The translations under genes and the position numbers were made by a program. Below the pieces are notes generated by a model. The model was given only the letters and a program-made list of their open reading frames with translations. It had not been told where the DNA came from and did not search any database. A stretch of 64,000 nt of DNA from Sphaerodactylus townsendi (Eukaryota): contig NC_059425.1 of NCBI RefSeq assembly GCF_021028975.2, positions 111,910,001-111,974,000 on the forward strand. Direction: 5' to 3'. Below, piece by piece: positions 35,297 through 47,989 of this stretch; position 1 is the stretch's first letter, and each line of letters opens with the position of its first letter.

Positions 35297-36788
35297 CACT
35301 AGACTAATGAAGATATTGCTTGAATGTGAAATCAGTTCATTATGTGTGATGTTTGTCTTTAGTGAATGAGAGAATTACTAGATACGAGGAAGACACAGGT
35401 TAGCCTTTGGTAAATGTAAAAGTATCCATACATTGTGAATCAGTAAACTGAGGTGTGTATTTGCTGTTGTTTGATACATGTTACACTGTTTCCCCATCTT
35501 TTGGGAATATTCAACATGTTGAAAAAACAGTGTATCATGTGAGTGTCTTTCACTATTGGAAATTGTATGCAAATGAAAATAACTTTAGGTTTACTTTGTG
35601 CGGAGTGTTATATAAAATCTCTGCACCTCCCATTTCTATCAGTGCTTTCATCAACTTTTCATAAATTGCAGGGTTATTTTTAACCTCAGCTATGGATTGA
35701 AGGCATGGATCTGGCTTGAAATAAAATATGCATCAGATATGCCATGTCATAGATAATTTGTCATATTAATTTCTGATTAGCTGGCATTCTGCCCAGATTT
35801 TCACATGAGTTGCTTATTTCAGTAATGGTCACTAAAGAATAAGAATTCTCTCAGAAGAACTCGTGAAGAGACCAAATGAAAAGTTAAGAGACAAAGTAAT
35901 CTGTAGGTCGTTTTTTTCTCGTGTTGCTTTCAGTGCTGTTTGTTGCAGTTAGTATTGTTTTATGAGCTGGGTGATTTTTAGTACCTCTTTGAAGAAACAA
36001 GATGTAACATTTAATGTTTCTGAGCTGGAAATCTGTCTTACTCTTTGATTGCTGCCTTATCTTTATTTACTTGGGATCATGTGAATTGCTGTTAAATTTG
36101 AGAGGGCATCTGTTATTTGAGCTGTTGGAATATTGGGATTAGATGTGGGAAACCCCTATTGAAGCATTGATCAAGTCACTTTTCCATAGCCTTCCTATCT
36201 CATGAAGTGCTTTGAGAAAGATTGGGGGTGGGGGGTGGGGTAATCTAATATGGTAACATTTAAATAAATATCTTTTAAAATGTACCTTTACATTTCGTGA
36301 GATTGCCAAATGAAATTTGGTCAATTATTGAATGTATTGATCTTGGTCAATTATTTGATCTTGGTCAATTACTTAAATCAATTGAATTTGGTCAATTATT
36401 TCACAAGTGTGTATGTGTGAAAAAACACACATTTGTATCCTATACTTTCTCTGAGAAGATATTCTGAGGCTGAAATTGTCAACTACTCCTATGAAGTAAT
36501 TAGGTGTCATACATTGTGATTTGCTTAGTGAAGTTTCATTCTGAGATTAAGGGTTGGAATGATCAAAATAGGTGTTTCTAGTCCAGATCTAATGCTGCAT
36601 ATATTGTATCACACTTTTTTAAAGAAGAAAAGCATTCATATATGCATATTTTTTAACATTTTAAAATTCAAAATTTAAGCTTTTTGGAATGCAGAATTTA
36701 AGCAAAATCAAAAACATGTTTTGAATAAGTAGGTGGTGATCTGGTTGAGCAATTCATGCTTGATAGCTAGAATTTCCAAACTCTAGGT

Positions 36789-36936
36789 CAGGGGTAGGGA
36801 ACCTGCGGCTCTCCAGATGTTCAGGAACTACAATTCCCATCAGCCCCTACCAGCATGGCCAATTGGCCATGCTGACAGAGGCTGATGGGAATTGTAGTTC
36901 CTGAACATCTGGCGAGCTGCAGGTTCCCTACCCCTG
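36789..36936. mobile_element. Palindromic hAT MITE
   Basis: TIR CAGGGGTAGGGAACC; perfect 8-bp TSD CTCTAGGT (36781-36788, 36937-36944). Confidence 0.93.
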
Positions 36937-37139
36937 CTCTAGGTGATAGCTGTGGATATCCTGCTATTGCCAACTGATCTCCCGGCAATAGAGATAAGTT
37001 CACCTGCAGAAAATGGAAAGTGGATTCTGTGGCATTATATCCCATTGAAGTTCCTCTTCTCTTCAAACACCACCCTCTTCAAGCTTCACTCCCAAAATCT
37101 CCAGGTATTTTCCAACCCAGAGCTGACAATCCTATGGAT

Positions 37140-38774
37140 AAGGGTGGGTAAAACTCAATTAAAATAGTGAAAAATCAGATTTTTAAAAAATAAATCTGAT
37201 TTTTAAAAAAAACAAAAAATGCTTTTTGAGGGGGAAAATCTATGTAAATATTGCTTGAATAGTTTTATATTTAATATATATTATACTCCATTACAGTCTC
37301 AAGGTTATTCATCATGAAATAAGGGTTAGTTTTTAATTATGTACCAAATGTTTTGATAAATGAGTTCCATTAATCCATTCACAATGTTATGCTTTTCCAG
37401 AGGTGAATTTGTGTCTCCAGAGATAACATGTTTCTTACTCAAGGGAAAATGTTATAAAATAAACATATAGATCTTAATTTCCTTTTTCCTTTGCAAATTC
37501 GAGTGCACAGAATCAACCCTTTACCTCTAAGTTTCAAGAAGTTGGAAAAATAGAAGACTCTTTGGAGTGGATAGAGCTGCACAAGGAGCTAAGTGTGAGG
37601 AGGCAGGTGAAAGTCATAAAAATGAAAGTGAAACCTTTTAAGCAGATGTTAAGAGACAATCTGTTTTGTTTGCTAAAGGCCTAATAAAATCCTTTTGCCT
37701 TTCTCATGAGCTAAGAAAGCCCAAAAAGCAGGTGCTGTTAGTTGGGAATGAGAGTTCATTCTCTTCAAGGTCACTGTGCTTGTTAGAGAGATAAAGTCAT
37801 CTTCATTAATTTCAACAAGCTGGGAATGGCTAGTTGGAGAGTGTTTGAAAAGGTTTCAATTTAGAGAGGAGGGGTAGGCTCGCTCATAATCTAGAATATT
37901 CTGATTGAAATATGCTATGAAATATGAAATATGCTGATTGCTTAACCAATGATCACCTATTTTGACCAGCCTAAACCATAAATTAGTTTAATCATTGTTA
38001 GCAACTACTTTCTTCTTTGTTCTATGCTTTTACCTCCACTCTACCTGAAATTCTTTTGCAACTTTGCACATGTACTAAAAACATCTAGTACCTTTTTGGC
38101 TGCAAGTATTTCTTTATGGTATGTATAGCCTTGTTGTTGTTTTTTTGGTTTAACTAAATTGTTCTCTGATTTGTGTTTCACTGTTATTTTTTAATCCCAT
38201 GTTTTACTACCTTTCTAAAATAAATTTCTTTAAAACTATATTTTGGTGTCTTGAGTTCTAGTTCAGAGCCCATGACTTGGTGTTGCTGCCACACTAAAGG
38301 CCAGGTTAGGTCTTTGACAGAAGACTACTCCACAGGCATTGTGGATAGCCTGAGGTTTATTATATTATTTTCTCCCTGGAGGAGAAAATCTATGATCACA
38401 GCAGTCTGTAAAAGTTTGGGAGTATTTTAATGAAGTTCCTCTACCTATAGGTAAGACTGACATTCATGCAAAATGCAAACACTGCAATAAAGAAATGCAA
38501 GGCCTTGGAGCCTGAACAAAACTGGAGGTAGATAATTATTAAATCATTGTGAGGTGAACTAGATTATATATTTCTGATAATTTAACCAGTATCAGTAAAA
38601 CTAATCCAAAAAGTTGTCTAATACTAATCCAATTATTCTAAAAATGAAACCTTCATCTAGTTGTAAATATCAAGATTGCACCACCAAGAATGAATCATTA
38701 CGCAGAATACCATGATTTAAATCTAGTCTTACTAACTAGTGATTTAAATTGTGATTTGATTTAAATCCACCCTG
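37140..38774 (+). mobile_element. Internally deleted hAT transposon with a BED zinc-finger remnant
   Basis: Termini AGGGTGG...CCACCCTG; GATTTAAAT subterminal repeats; TSD CTATGGAT/ATATCGAT (6 of 8); 38414-38515 translates as VWEYFNEVPLPIGKTDIHAKCKHCNKEMQGLGA*. Confidence 0.75.
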
Positions 38775-40299
38775 ATATCGATAACCTTAGGCTCTTGGGC
38801 ACACATGACTAATATATTGGGTCATCAATGGTCAGTGGACTCATCTGATCAACATTTCATGTTTATATCATGCTATTTTTCATTCACGTTTCTGTGAGGG
38901 TTGAGCATTAATTCAAAAGCAAAGGAACTACTTGAAGGAGCAAAGAACCTGTGTAACTATCTTGAATGAGACAGATAATAGAGAACAGAAAGTTCTCTTT
39001 CTGTTGATTTCATCATATTCCTTTGAATAAGTTGTGCCATTATATTTCTGCACAAACCTTTCTTAAAAGGAAATAGAAACCGTTATTGGCTGGGATCCAG
39101 TGGCTTAAGGTATGCCCGAGGGCTTGCACTTGGACAGTGCGATTTTTAAATATCTTATTTCTCTGAACAACAGAGATATCTTGGAGACTGCTTTGAGAGA
39201 CTTGTGTCTCTTCAGGAAGCAGTTTCATGTAGGGATGTGGATGTGCATCTGCATATATTCTGCCTTTAAAAGAACAAAGCCCCCTTGGGCAAGTGGAACT
39301 AGTAGTGGAGTTCTATGGCTGCTGGCAGTATTGTTCAACCACATTCAGTTTTTCCCGAGTGAGTTCTCTCTTTTCCTTTTTTCTAGGTTTTACTATGCAG
39401 CGTAAACTCAGTATATAATGATCTCATGACTCGCACAGAACTTCATAAAAATTAAGTCATCTTGTACTTTATTCTACTCAACAGAACAAAACCAAATCCT
39501 GCTTATTGTTAACTATCATTTTTTGTGAAAGAGAATCACACATAACAGTCCAATCAATTTATATAAGTTCTGTCCAAATGAATGTACTATATAAGATAGA
39601 TTTGTTTTGGAAAAGATGACATGTCCTAAATTATTATTTCACCTAGTTTTGTTCTATATGACTGAGGTCACTGTTGCATGGGCACGTTCAAAGAATGTCC
39701 TGAATATCACTTTTCTTTCAACAGTCTCACTCTTCAATGCAATAAATTGTTCTCTGGGTTTATTAAACCCATTTGGTTCATGGAATAAGGTTGCCACCTA
39801 TCTGTTTCACTTTCTTTCTTGTAATTTATTTAAATGTTTATAGCGTAATTACCTATAAAGTTTTATTTGGTGGTAATGGTAGAAACTGATTGGGTTTCCA
39901 ATTGTAACTTCAGACTAGACATATGCATAACCTATCACCTTTTTTAAACACTTAATTCACTGAGCTATGGTACTGGGGAAGAAGAACCCAATTAAATGGA
40001 AGATGGAAAAAAAGAGCATATGGAAATGGGTAGTAAAGCAGATCCAATTTACTGAGTATAGTGTAAATGCCCCCCTTCTGTCTATGCTGGTTTTTCAAAG
40101 ACAAGGTACAATAACTGTCTGAATTTATTTGTGCGAATATAACCACTAGTTAGAGCTGATCAAAATAATTATTAATGGGGCTTTGAAGAACACCAGTGGT
40201 TATCAGTCATATTCCAAACGACTCAACAGGACACCAATTGGTACTTTATATTTAGATACTTGAGGGTATTTAGGGCCTTGAAAAACGTAATGGCTGCCC

Positions 40300-40490
40300 A
40301 GCCAAGACCAGGATGACCCAGTCTAGTCCAATCTCATTAGATCTCAGTTGCTAAATAGGGTTGGCCATATTTATTTGGATGGAGACCACAAAGGGATTCC
40401 AGGGTCATTATGCAGAGGAAAACAATGGCAAAAGGTCTGAATGTCTCTTGCCTTGAAAACTCTACTGGGGATCTTGGCTGCAACATGACA
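40300..40490 (+). mobile_element. 5S rRNA-derived SINE (5S-Sauria-like), degenerate
   Basis: caatctcattagatctcagttgctaaataggg...tttggatggagacc resembles 5S rRNA boxes A/C; followed by a Sauria/BovB-like 3' part. Confidence 0.65.
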
Positions 40491-42384
40491 GTACTTTACA
40501 TGCAAACAGCGGCTGCTCTAAAAGCTTGTCCGTAGACAGTGATAATAACTTAAAACAAAAAGTTATTCATTTATTGTTTTAGTGTCAACAGAAATGGACG
40601 GCTTTGCTGTAGAGTGATTATAGTATTATTCTAATCTGAAAGATGTCAAGATTTTGAGTATTAAAATTTCTCATGACAGATGTAGATTAAAGAGGCCCTT
40701 TGGTAACAACATCATTGCATCTTTCAAAGGCTGAATGTTTCTCAATTCCCCCCTCCCCACAATCTGCTATCATTGGCAGTTAATCTAATACTAAAAGCTG
40801 CTCAGTAGAAAATCTAACATATTGCTGTTTTGTTTAGTTTGTCACAGCAATGCTTTCTATGGAAAAGAACCTTACACAGGTGAACACAGAACTGATTTCA
40901 GGCACTTTTCAGCCCCATCCACACGGCTGGGTGCCTGGGTGTGGTAATGCAGCTAAGCTGCCATTTCCAAGGGGGATTTCCAGTGGCACGGGGAGGCAAA
41001 AAACACAACAAAGCCTCCATGAAGCCACCCAGCCATGCCCGTGGAATGTCTCCACTACACCGGCAGTGACAGTGGTAGTGAAAGTTGCTGGCGCAGCAAT
41101 CTGCAAAGCCACAGTGGCTGTCTACTTGCAGATCTGACCTCTGCCGGGGCAAGTGCCCTGAGCCACCTCCAGCGGTGGATTTGCCCCTGACTTTGGATGT
41201 AGCTATTAGAAAAGCAGGCTAGCATTGGCAATAACATCTGGTTGTTTTTGAAATTCCTCCACTCATTCCTATATGAATTATTTTCTCTCCTCATTCCTCC
41301 AGAACATTTTAGGTTCCCTGTCCACCCACACACTGTGAGTAAATGCTAACTATAAACAAACAAACAAACAAACAAATAAAACTCTGATGCATAATAAAAT
41401 ATCCAAATCAACCATGATGCTTGTTCACCGTGTTGAATGCAGTTACTGTTATCACTGACATGGTTCAGCTATAATAGCAAACTGTTACCTGATGAGCTTA
41501 GACAATCTGCTGGCTTGCATACACCCTTCTACTCCTTTTGCGCACTTAAAAACTTCACAAAAAACAGGCTGACAAGCTGGGATGTTTTCTTCCCTGATCA
41601 GCCTTTCATTTGTTCTGAAGCTCCTCTCTGAGGATTAGAAGAGCTTTTTAAGCAAAATGAGTTGCAGTCAAGGGGGAATACAGTAAAATCACCCATATCC
41701 CCCTTTTCTGTTTGTAACCTGGCATCTGTATTTATTTATTTTTATTTATTTATTTTTTTCGATTTATTATACCGCCCCATCCCTGTAGGGCTCTGGGCGG
41801 TGTACAATACAATGCACATATACAGATAAAAATGCACGTATACAAGTAAAATAACTAAAACCATTAAAAGCAGCAGTAAAATAAAATAAAAACTAGTAGA
41901 AAGATTAAAACTAACACGCAATGGCGTCCGACAGATACTGGCGTCCTGTAGAAAACAGGAGAAATTTCATTTGATTCCCTGTTGCTGTTGTTCCTTGCCC
42001 TTTGGTGCATTTCGCTTGCAGGGCTCTGCTGGACCTCAGAGACATGTTTCAGGGTAAACGGCAAGTTGTTGCAGGAAGGGGAAGGCAGGAGAAATCCATT
42101 TTGCCAACATCTTTCATCCAGTTGATCCACACCGTGATCATTACATGTTTCTACAAGATACTTGGTTGTCATTTTATCAAAACTACAAATTATTATTTTC
42201 TTCCCTTCAAATTTGGATTGTAAACTCTACTAGATAGAACATTAGTATACCCTGGGTATGTTCTTTTCATTTTGTTGTACTAAATGTCAGTACCCTGCTC
42301 TTAAAATTCTTTGTAGTGCTTTAAAAATATTTGTGGTGAAAAATAATCATGAAATCCAGCAATTGCATTTCTATCACCAGTACA

Positions 42385-42566
42385 GTAAAGTCAAAGGTAG
42401 TCCTCCTGAGCAAGCACTGAGCTGTTATTGACCTGAAGGGTGAGGTCACATCATTACGTTTACTAAGCAGACTATATATATGTGGTGGCTTGCCATTGCC
42501 TTCCCCAGTCATCTACACTTTGCCCCCAGCAAGCTGGGTTCTCATTTTACTGACCTCAGAAGGATG
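42385..42566 (-). mobile_element. Sauria SINE 3' part
   Basis: aaaggtagtcctcctgagcaagcac...gccattgccttccccagtcatctacac...cagcaagctggg...gacctcagaaggatg. Confidence 0.85.
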
Positions 42567-42716
42567 ATATAGTAAGCCTGTATATTTGACATAAAATTAT
42601 AGTCTCTGTGCTTACCTTGTGGGAACAGTGATTGCAGGGAGGGGGAGAAATGTTCTGTCCTGCTCCTTCCCACGCACATTGCCCTTTTCATGTTTATGGT
42701 ATGCTTGTGGGACTTT

Positions 42717-43174
42717 GGACCTTTCTGCACAGGCCAATAAACACGGGTTTAAACTGGTGTGTGTGTGTGTGAACTTCACACGGTTCCCACCCTGCATCGG
42801 GCCTGCCCTGCATTATCTGCTCCAACCTGGTTTAAACAAGAACCGTGTTATCTGTGATTCTTTTTAGGAAGCCCGGGTTGGAGCTGCTGCCAAGCAAACA
42901 GCTCCGCTTGGGAGGCACATTACTCGGACGCGGTTCTATTGTTTCCTACCCCCAGGCCCTCTCCTGCATAGCCATGCAGGAGAGCACTGACATCCAGAGA
43001 CGTCGGTATGACTGCAGGGGTAGTCTGTGGTCAGCTATGTTGCAACACAGCAGGCGTGCTTCTGTACAAAGGTGCATCACCCAGCCACGTTGGCTCTGGG
43101 GCCGCCTGCACGGAGGCGCGCGAACGTCCCAGGGCTGCACTGGGCTCGTTTACTTTTGCCATGTGGAAAGGACC
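42717..43174. mobile_element. PIF/Harbinger-like MITE
   Basis: TIRs GGACCTTTCTGCAC / GTGGAAAGGACC, flanked by 3-bp TTT on both sides; GC-rich interior. Confidence 0.6.
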
Positions 43175-43812
43175 TTTGAGAGAGCAGGTTTTGACAAACT
43201 GGTTGTAGCAATTCAATGAACAGCAAGCAAAGTAGTTCTCTTTTCAAACTGTGAAAAGGCAGCCTTTCTATATTAGTGGGTTAATATTTTTATCTAGGCA
43301 GATTTTTTCTCTTGTCCTATACAGTGGTGATTGTCTTGTGTTCATACTTATGCTATTCATTTTATTTAGATGGTCATATACCAAGTTTATAGATAGACAT
43401 TATTGTCTTAGCAATAATCACAGATGATCATTCTGATCTTGCTTTTCATTTTCAAAGCTAAGCAATACATTCAAGGATTTCTAAATCCAAATATAGTCTG
43501 AGAAAACAGCTGTCACTAAGTTTGTAATATGATTAATATCTGTTGCTCTCTTTAGAAAAGATCTGTTCCATATGTAATATTATAACTTTTTTTTGTTAGG
43601 GTCATCATTGGCTTTATAAAAAGGATATTGCATCCATTCTTGCTCTGCTGTTCATTTTTCCTAAATTACTACTTTTGTTTGCCGTTGTTCATCTGTTCTC
43701 TTAAAGTTGCCTGTTCCTGTTACCCAACTCTTCATTGTATTTCTATTGTGCAACTTACTCTGAGGAGGTCAGGGCAGCAAGAATACTTATCCCCACAGTT
43801 ATCCTGTAAGGC

Positions 43813-44270
43813 AGAATAGAATCATAGAATCATAGAGTTGGAAGAGACCACAAGGCCATCAAGTCCAACCTCCTGCCATCCAGGAATACACGATCAAAGC
43901 ACTCCTGACAAATGTTCATCCAGCCTGAGGCAGGGAATTCCACTTTTGAACAGCCCTGACAGTCAGGAAGTTCTTCCTAATGTTTAGGTGGAATCTCTGT
44001 TCCTGCACCTTGAATCCATTACTCTGTGTCCTAGTCTCTGAGGCAGCAGAAAACAAACTTGCTTCCTCTTCAACATGACATCCCTTCAAATATCTAAACA
44101 TAGCTATCATGTCCCCCCTTAACCTTCACTTCTCCAGACTAAACATCCCCAGCTCCCTAAGTCTCTCTTCATAGGGCATGGATTCCAGAACTTTACCATT
44201 TTGGTTGCCCTCCTCTGGACACGGTACAGCTTGTCAATATCCTTCTTAAATTCTGGTGCCCCGAACTGTA
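43813..44270 (-). mobile_element. CR1 LINE 3' end
   Basis: (ATTCTATG)n tail on the minus strand; FKKDIDKLYRVQRRATKMV and MIAMFRYLKG..NGFK..FHLNIRKNFLTVRAVQKWNSLP. Confidence 0.92.
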
Positions 44271-46149
44271 CAAGTAACATCACAGAGGCCCCTGCCACTG
44301 GCCTCCGTGGCCCAATCTGAAAGAGCATGGTGTAGTCCAGGAGGGCTCGACAAAGCTCAGCAGAAGTTGACCCCCTTTCAGACCCCTCTGTCGGCGCTTC
44401 CTCTCTCACTTATGGCGCCTTCTCCTGCTGTCCCACAGAGGCCTCTGCTACTGGCTTCCACTGCCTGATAGGGCTCTGTTCAGTTCAACCTTCGGTGTTT
44501 GCCTCGGTGCCTTTGGGTGTCTGCTTGGCGCATCCAGATGTCTGCACTGCTTGGTGCCTCTGGGCATCATCTGCTGTTGCACAGAGGCCACTGCCACTGA
44601 CCTCTGGCCCTCAGCCCAGCATGGCATCACCAGTCTTTCCCAGATATTCTCAGCAACTCCCATGGCCACTGCCCTCACAGTCACTCATGGAGCGTTCCCC
44701 TTCACTCGATGCCCCATGGGGGTCTCTGCCACTGCCCCCATCCACTGGTACAGCAAGAGCAGCTTTGGGGTGCTGCTCCTCCCGTCAGCTACTCCTCAGT
44801 GCAAATACAAATGGCACACATAGCTGGTTGCTCGTAGAGTTTCCAGATCGAAAAACTGCTCTGGGCCCCATCTTGACTTAGATGGACTCTCCCACACATA
44901 AAGGGCTTTACTGGGGGTGTAGTGGCCCCCTGCTTCCAACACAAGTACATGGTCCTGGGTCTGTGCCTGGGAATGGTCGAGTTTGGAAATGTTTGGCTTG
45001 GGGTCGGAAGGTGAAGATTGGGGGAGGGTGGAAGTGTGGGTGGGGGAGGTTGGTGAGGTGTGGGGTAAGAGGAGGGAGCCAGACTGAGGCTTAGCACGGG
45101 GGAGCGTGGAATGGAGAGGCTTGGGTGGGGAGAGGGTAGGTAGGAGAAACTTGGGTGGGGGGAGAGTAAAAATGTGAGGCCTGTGGTGGGGCAAGGATGG
45201 CAAGGGAAGGCCTGGGGTGGTGGAAGGGTGGAATGGGTAGTCTTGGGGTGGGGGATTGTTAGAAGATGTGGCTTGGGTGGAGAGTTTGAAGGTGAGTACT
45301 GAGGTGGAAAGGGTGGAAAGGAGAGGCTTGAGGTGAGGTAAGGGGAATGGGGATGGTTGAGATGTGGGGGAGGAGGCAGGAGGAGTCTTCTCAGCCCAAG
45401 GAGCAGCAGGTGCTCAGGTGCCACTTCTCTGGTGGCCAGGGCTATTTAGGTGGGAGGGAGGTGGGTCAGGGAGAAGTAGGTGCCCGGGTGCTGCTGCTCC
45501 ACAGCTGGGGAGGTACCGTGTTAGGATGGGGGAGGCAGGAGGGCTTTTGTGGGCAGAAAGTGAGGGCTGGGGCAAGCTGTTGGGGTGGGGGCAGGTTGGA
45601 GGCCTTCTGCCAGACTGGGGAGTGTGGGTGGCAATGTGCTGCTGCTCTGCAGACCTGGGTGCCCTGTTGAGGTGGGGGGGAGTGGGAGGTCTTCTGTCAA
45701 GTCGAGGAGTAGCAAGTACTGAAGTATCACTGCTTCATGACCCAGAGGTGCCCAGTTGGAGGGAAGTGAGAGGGTTTCTGTGGATCCAGGAGCAACAGCC
45801 AGCGAGGCTCCGCTGCTCCACAGGTGGCCTTTGGGGTGGAGGGGACGTTGGAAGGCTTCTTCAGGCCTTGAGAGTAGTGGGCAACAAGGTATCACTGCTG
45901 CACTGGCTGGGGGTGGGGTGTTGGGTTGTGGGGAGCCAGGAGGGTGTCTGCAGGCCCGGGGAGCCATGATACTACTCTGGGAAGGGGATGGAATATCGTG
46001 ACATTCCATCCTTTAGCCTTTTATTATGGTTAAGATATCAGTCCTTCCACATTTCTTTCCATTTTCCTCTACATTTTTTAAATTAGATTACTACTTTTTA
46101 TATTATACAGGTAATAATTGCTAATTGGTTTTGGTGAATCTTTTTATGT

Positions 46150-46168
46150 TGTTTTGTAACACACGCAT

Positions 46169-46202
<34 letters not shown>
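46150..46202. repeat. (GA)n microsatellite
   Basis: About 16 perfect GA units. Confidence 0.95.
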
Positions 46203-46204
<2 letters not shown>

Positions 46205-47124
46205 CCACTGAGTTTGAATCAAATTCAGAAGAAAAGAAACCTTCAGGCTCCTGACTGCACGAAGGGCGTTCCATAGCCAAGGCAATGTAACAGAGCAGAC
46301 TCTGTCCCAGTGGGGCCACACAGAAAATGGCCTCTGCAGTAGATGTTAATTATTGGGCAGGCTCATACTGAAGAGAAAAAAAATCCTTCTCTCAGATTGT
46401 TCAGGGGCTTTAAAGGAAATAACCAGCTGTTAAGGTTGTGCTCAACGGTGATTCTGAAGCCAGTGTAGCTTTTTAAAGAAAGGCAGAAAATGTTCTTTAT
46501 AGCTTATGACAGTCACCAAATTGACTGCTGTGTCCTGTGTCAATTGGAGCTTTCAAACGGTTTTCAAAGGTAGCCCTGTGAAGAGTATATTTCAGTAATC
46601 TAACCAGGATGCATCCAAACATGAGTAACTAAGGCAAAATATGTAGAGTAAAATAAACAACATAAATAGGCCTTCAAGGAACTTGGAAACATAGGTCACA
46701 ATATATCAAAATTTTTCTAAAATGTTTTGTATATTTCTGTATACAAAACATTGTCATCTTTTCACAAATAAGCCTTTAATTTCCTGCCTATTTGTGGTTA
46801 TTTTTTTACCAGTGGAGTTTAATCATGTGTGTATTTTTGACCAGCTTAATGGAGGCTGGGTGAGAGTTCCTCCTAATTTTGTGTGGTAGTAACAATTGTC
46901 ATAACTGTAATATCACTGCTGTTAATGATTAGATTTTTTTAACACCCACCTGGATGTCATTTTCAAAAAGGTTATTTAAAAATAATGTGGTGAAAAAATA
47001 AAACTTACAGTTAGTACACTTATTAATTATGCTTATGATCATCGGGAATGCATGAAGAACAGCTGTAATTTATTCATAGTTTAAACACAAGTTTACTCTG
47101 TCTTTACGTAAAGTACCACTGAGA

Positions 47125-47340
47125 TTTTTTTTCTGCTGTCAAGTCACTGCTAATTAACAGCAACCCCATAAGGTTTTCAATACAAGGTATGTTTGGAGGT
47201 CGTTTGCCATTGCCTGCCTCTGCATCACATCCCTGGTATTCCTTGGAGGTCTGCCATCCAAATATTTCCCAGGATCAATCCTGGTTAGCTTCTGAGATCT
47301 TACAAGATCAGTCTAGCCTGGGCTACCAAGGTCAGGGCAC
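47125..47340 (-). mobile_element. 5S rRNA-derived SINE (5S-Sauria-like)
   Basis: Minus strand reads gatcttgtaagatctcagaagctaaccagg...tttggatggcagacc (5S-like), then gcaatggcaaacgacctcc and aaaacct tail. Confidence 0.75.
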
Positions 47341-47989
47341 ACTGCTGAGATACTAATGCTTAAAATAGTACTTGAATGCTGCATTTCTTGTAACTCCCAT
47401 TCTGTTTAACAATTACATTTTTTACCTGTTGATCAGAAATAACCATCTGACAATCTTTGTCTCCATTGTTTCTTGTTATTGTCACCATTTTTGCTGGATT
47501 TGGAGATGCTTTGTGTGTTGGATTAATAAATCAACAGCAGCAGATGTAGACTTTGGTGCAGAAAGCAATAATATGTTTCACTGTTTTGAGTTTGTTAAAT
47601 CAGAATATAAGTTGGTGTTAGGAATGTTTGGAATTTAGCCTTAATTCAGTTTGCTCTGATACGTTCCTTTAAGTAAATACCAGGCTGCATTCTGCTTGGG
47701 ATTGAGTTGCTTGGCCTGTAAATTCTGAATCTGATAGAATGCCCTGTTGAGGGAATTTGTATGTAGCAGACAAACAGTAAGCAAATAGTGATAAATGAGT
47801 TTATTCAGATAGAAAAAGAAATGAAGGGTAGCAAGGGAAAGACCCCCTAGTACTGGAACTCATGGACTGTGTGCATGACTGCCATGATATTAAGAAAAAA
47901 ATGTGGGTGAAAAGTAAATACTTTTTTGATTTTCCTTAATGCAGCCTCAAATTTTAAGACCATTACAAAAGTTTTTTTTCTTCTATTAG

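Noticed and set aside
40300-40400. 5S rRNA gene (also 47230-47340)
   Set aside because: Heavily diverged and fused to a SINE tail; these are SINE heads, not functional rRNA genes.
44990-45960. CRISPR-like repeat-spacer array
   Set aside because: Eukaryotic context, degenerate units without unique spacers, and no cas genes.
47926-47989. N-terminal part of the 66-aa ORF (MIFLNAAS...)
   Set aside because: Intronic sequence upstream of the splice acceptor; only 47990-48112 is coding.
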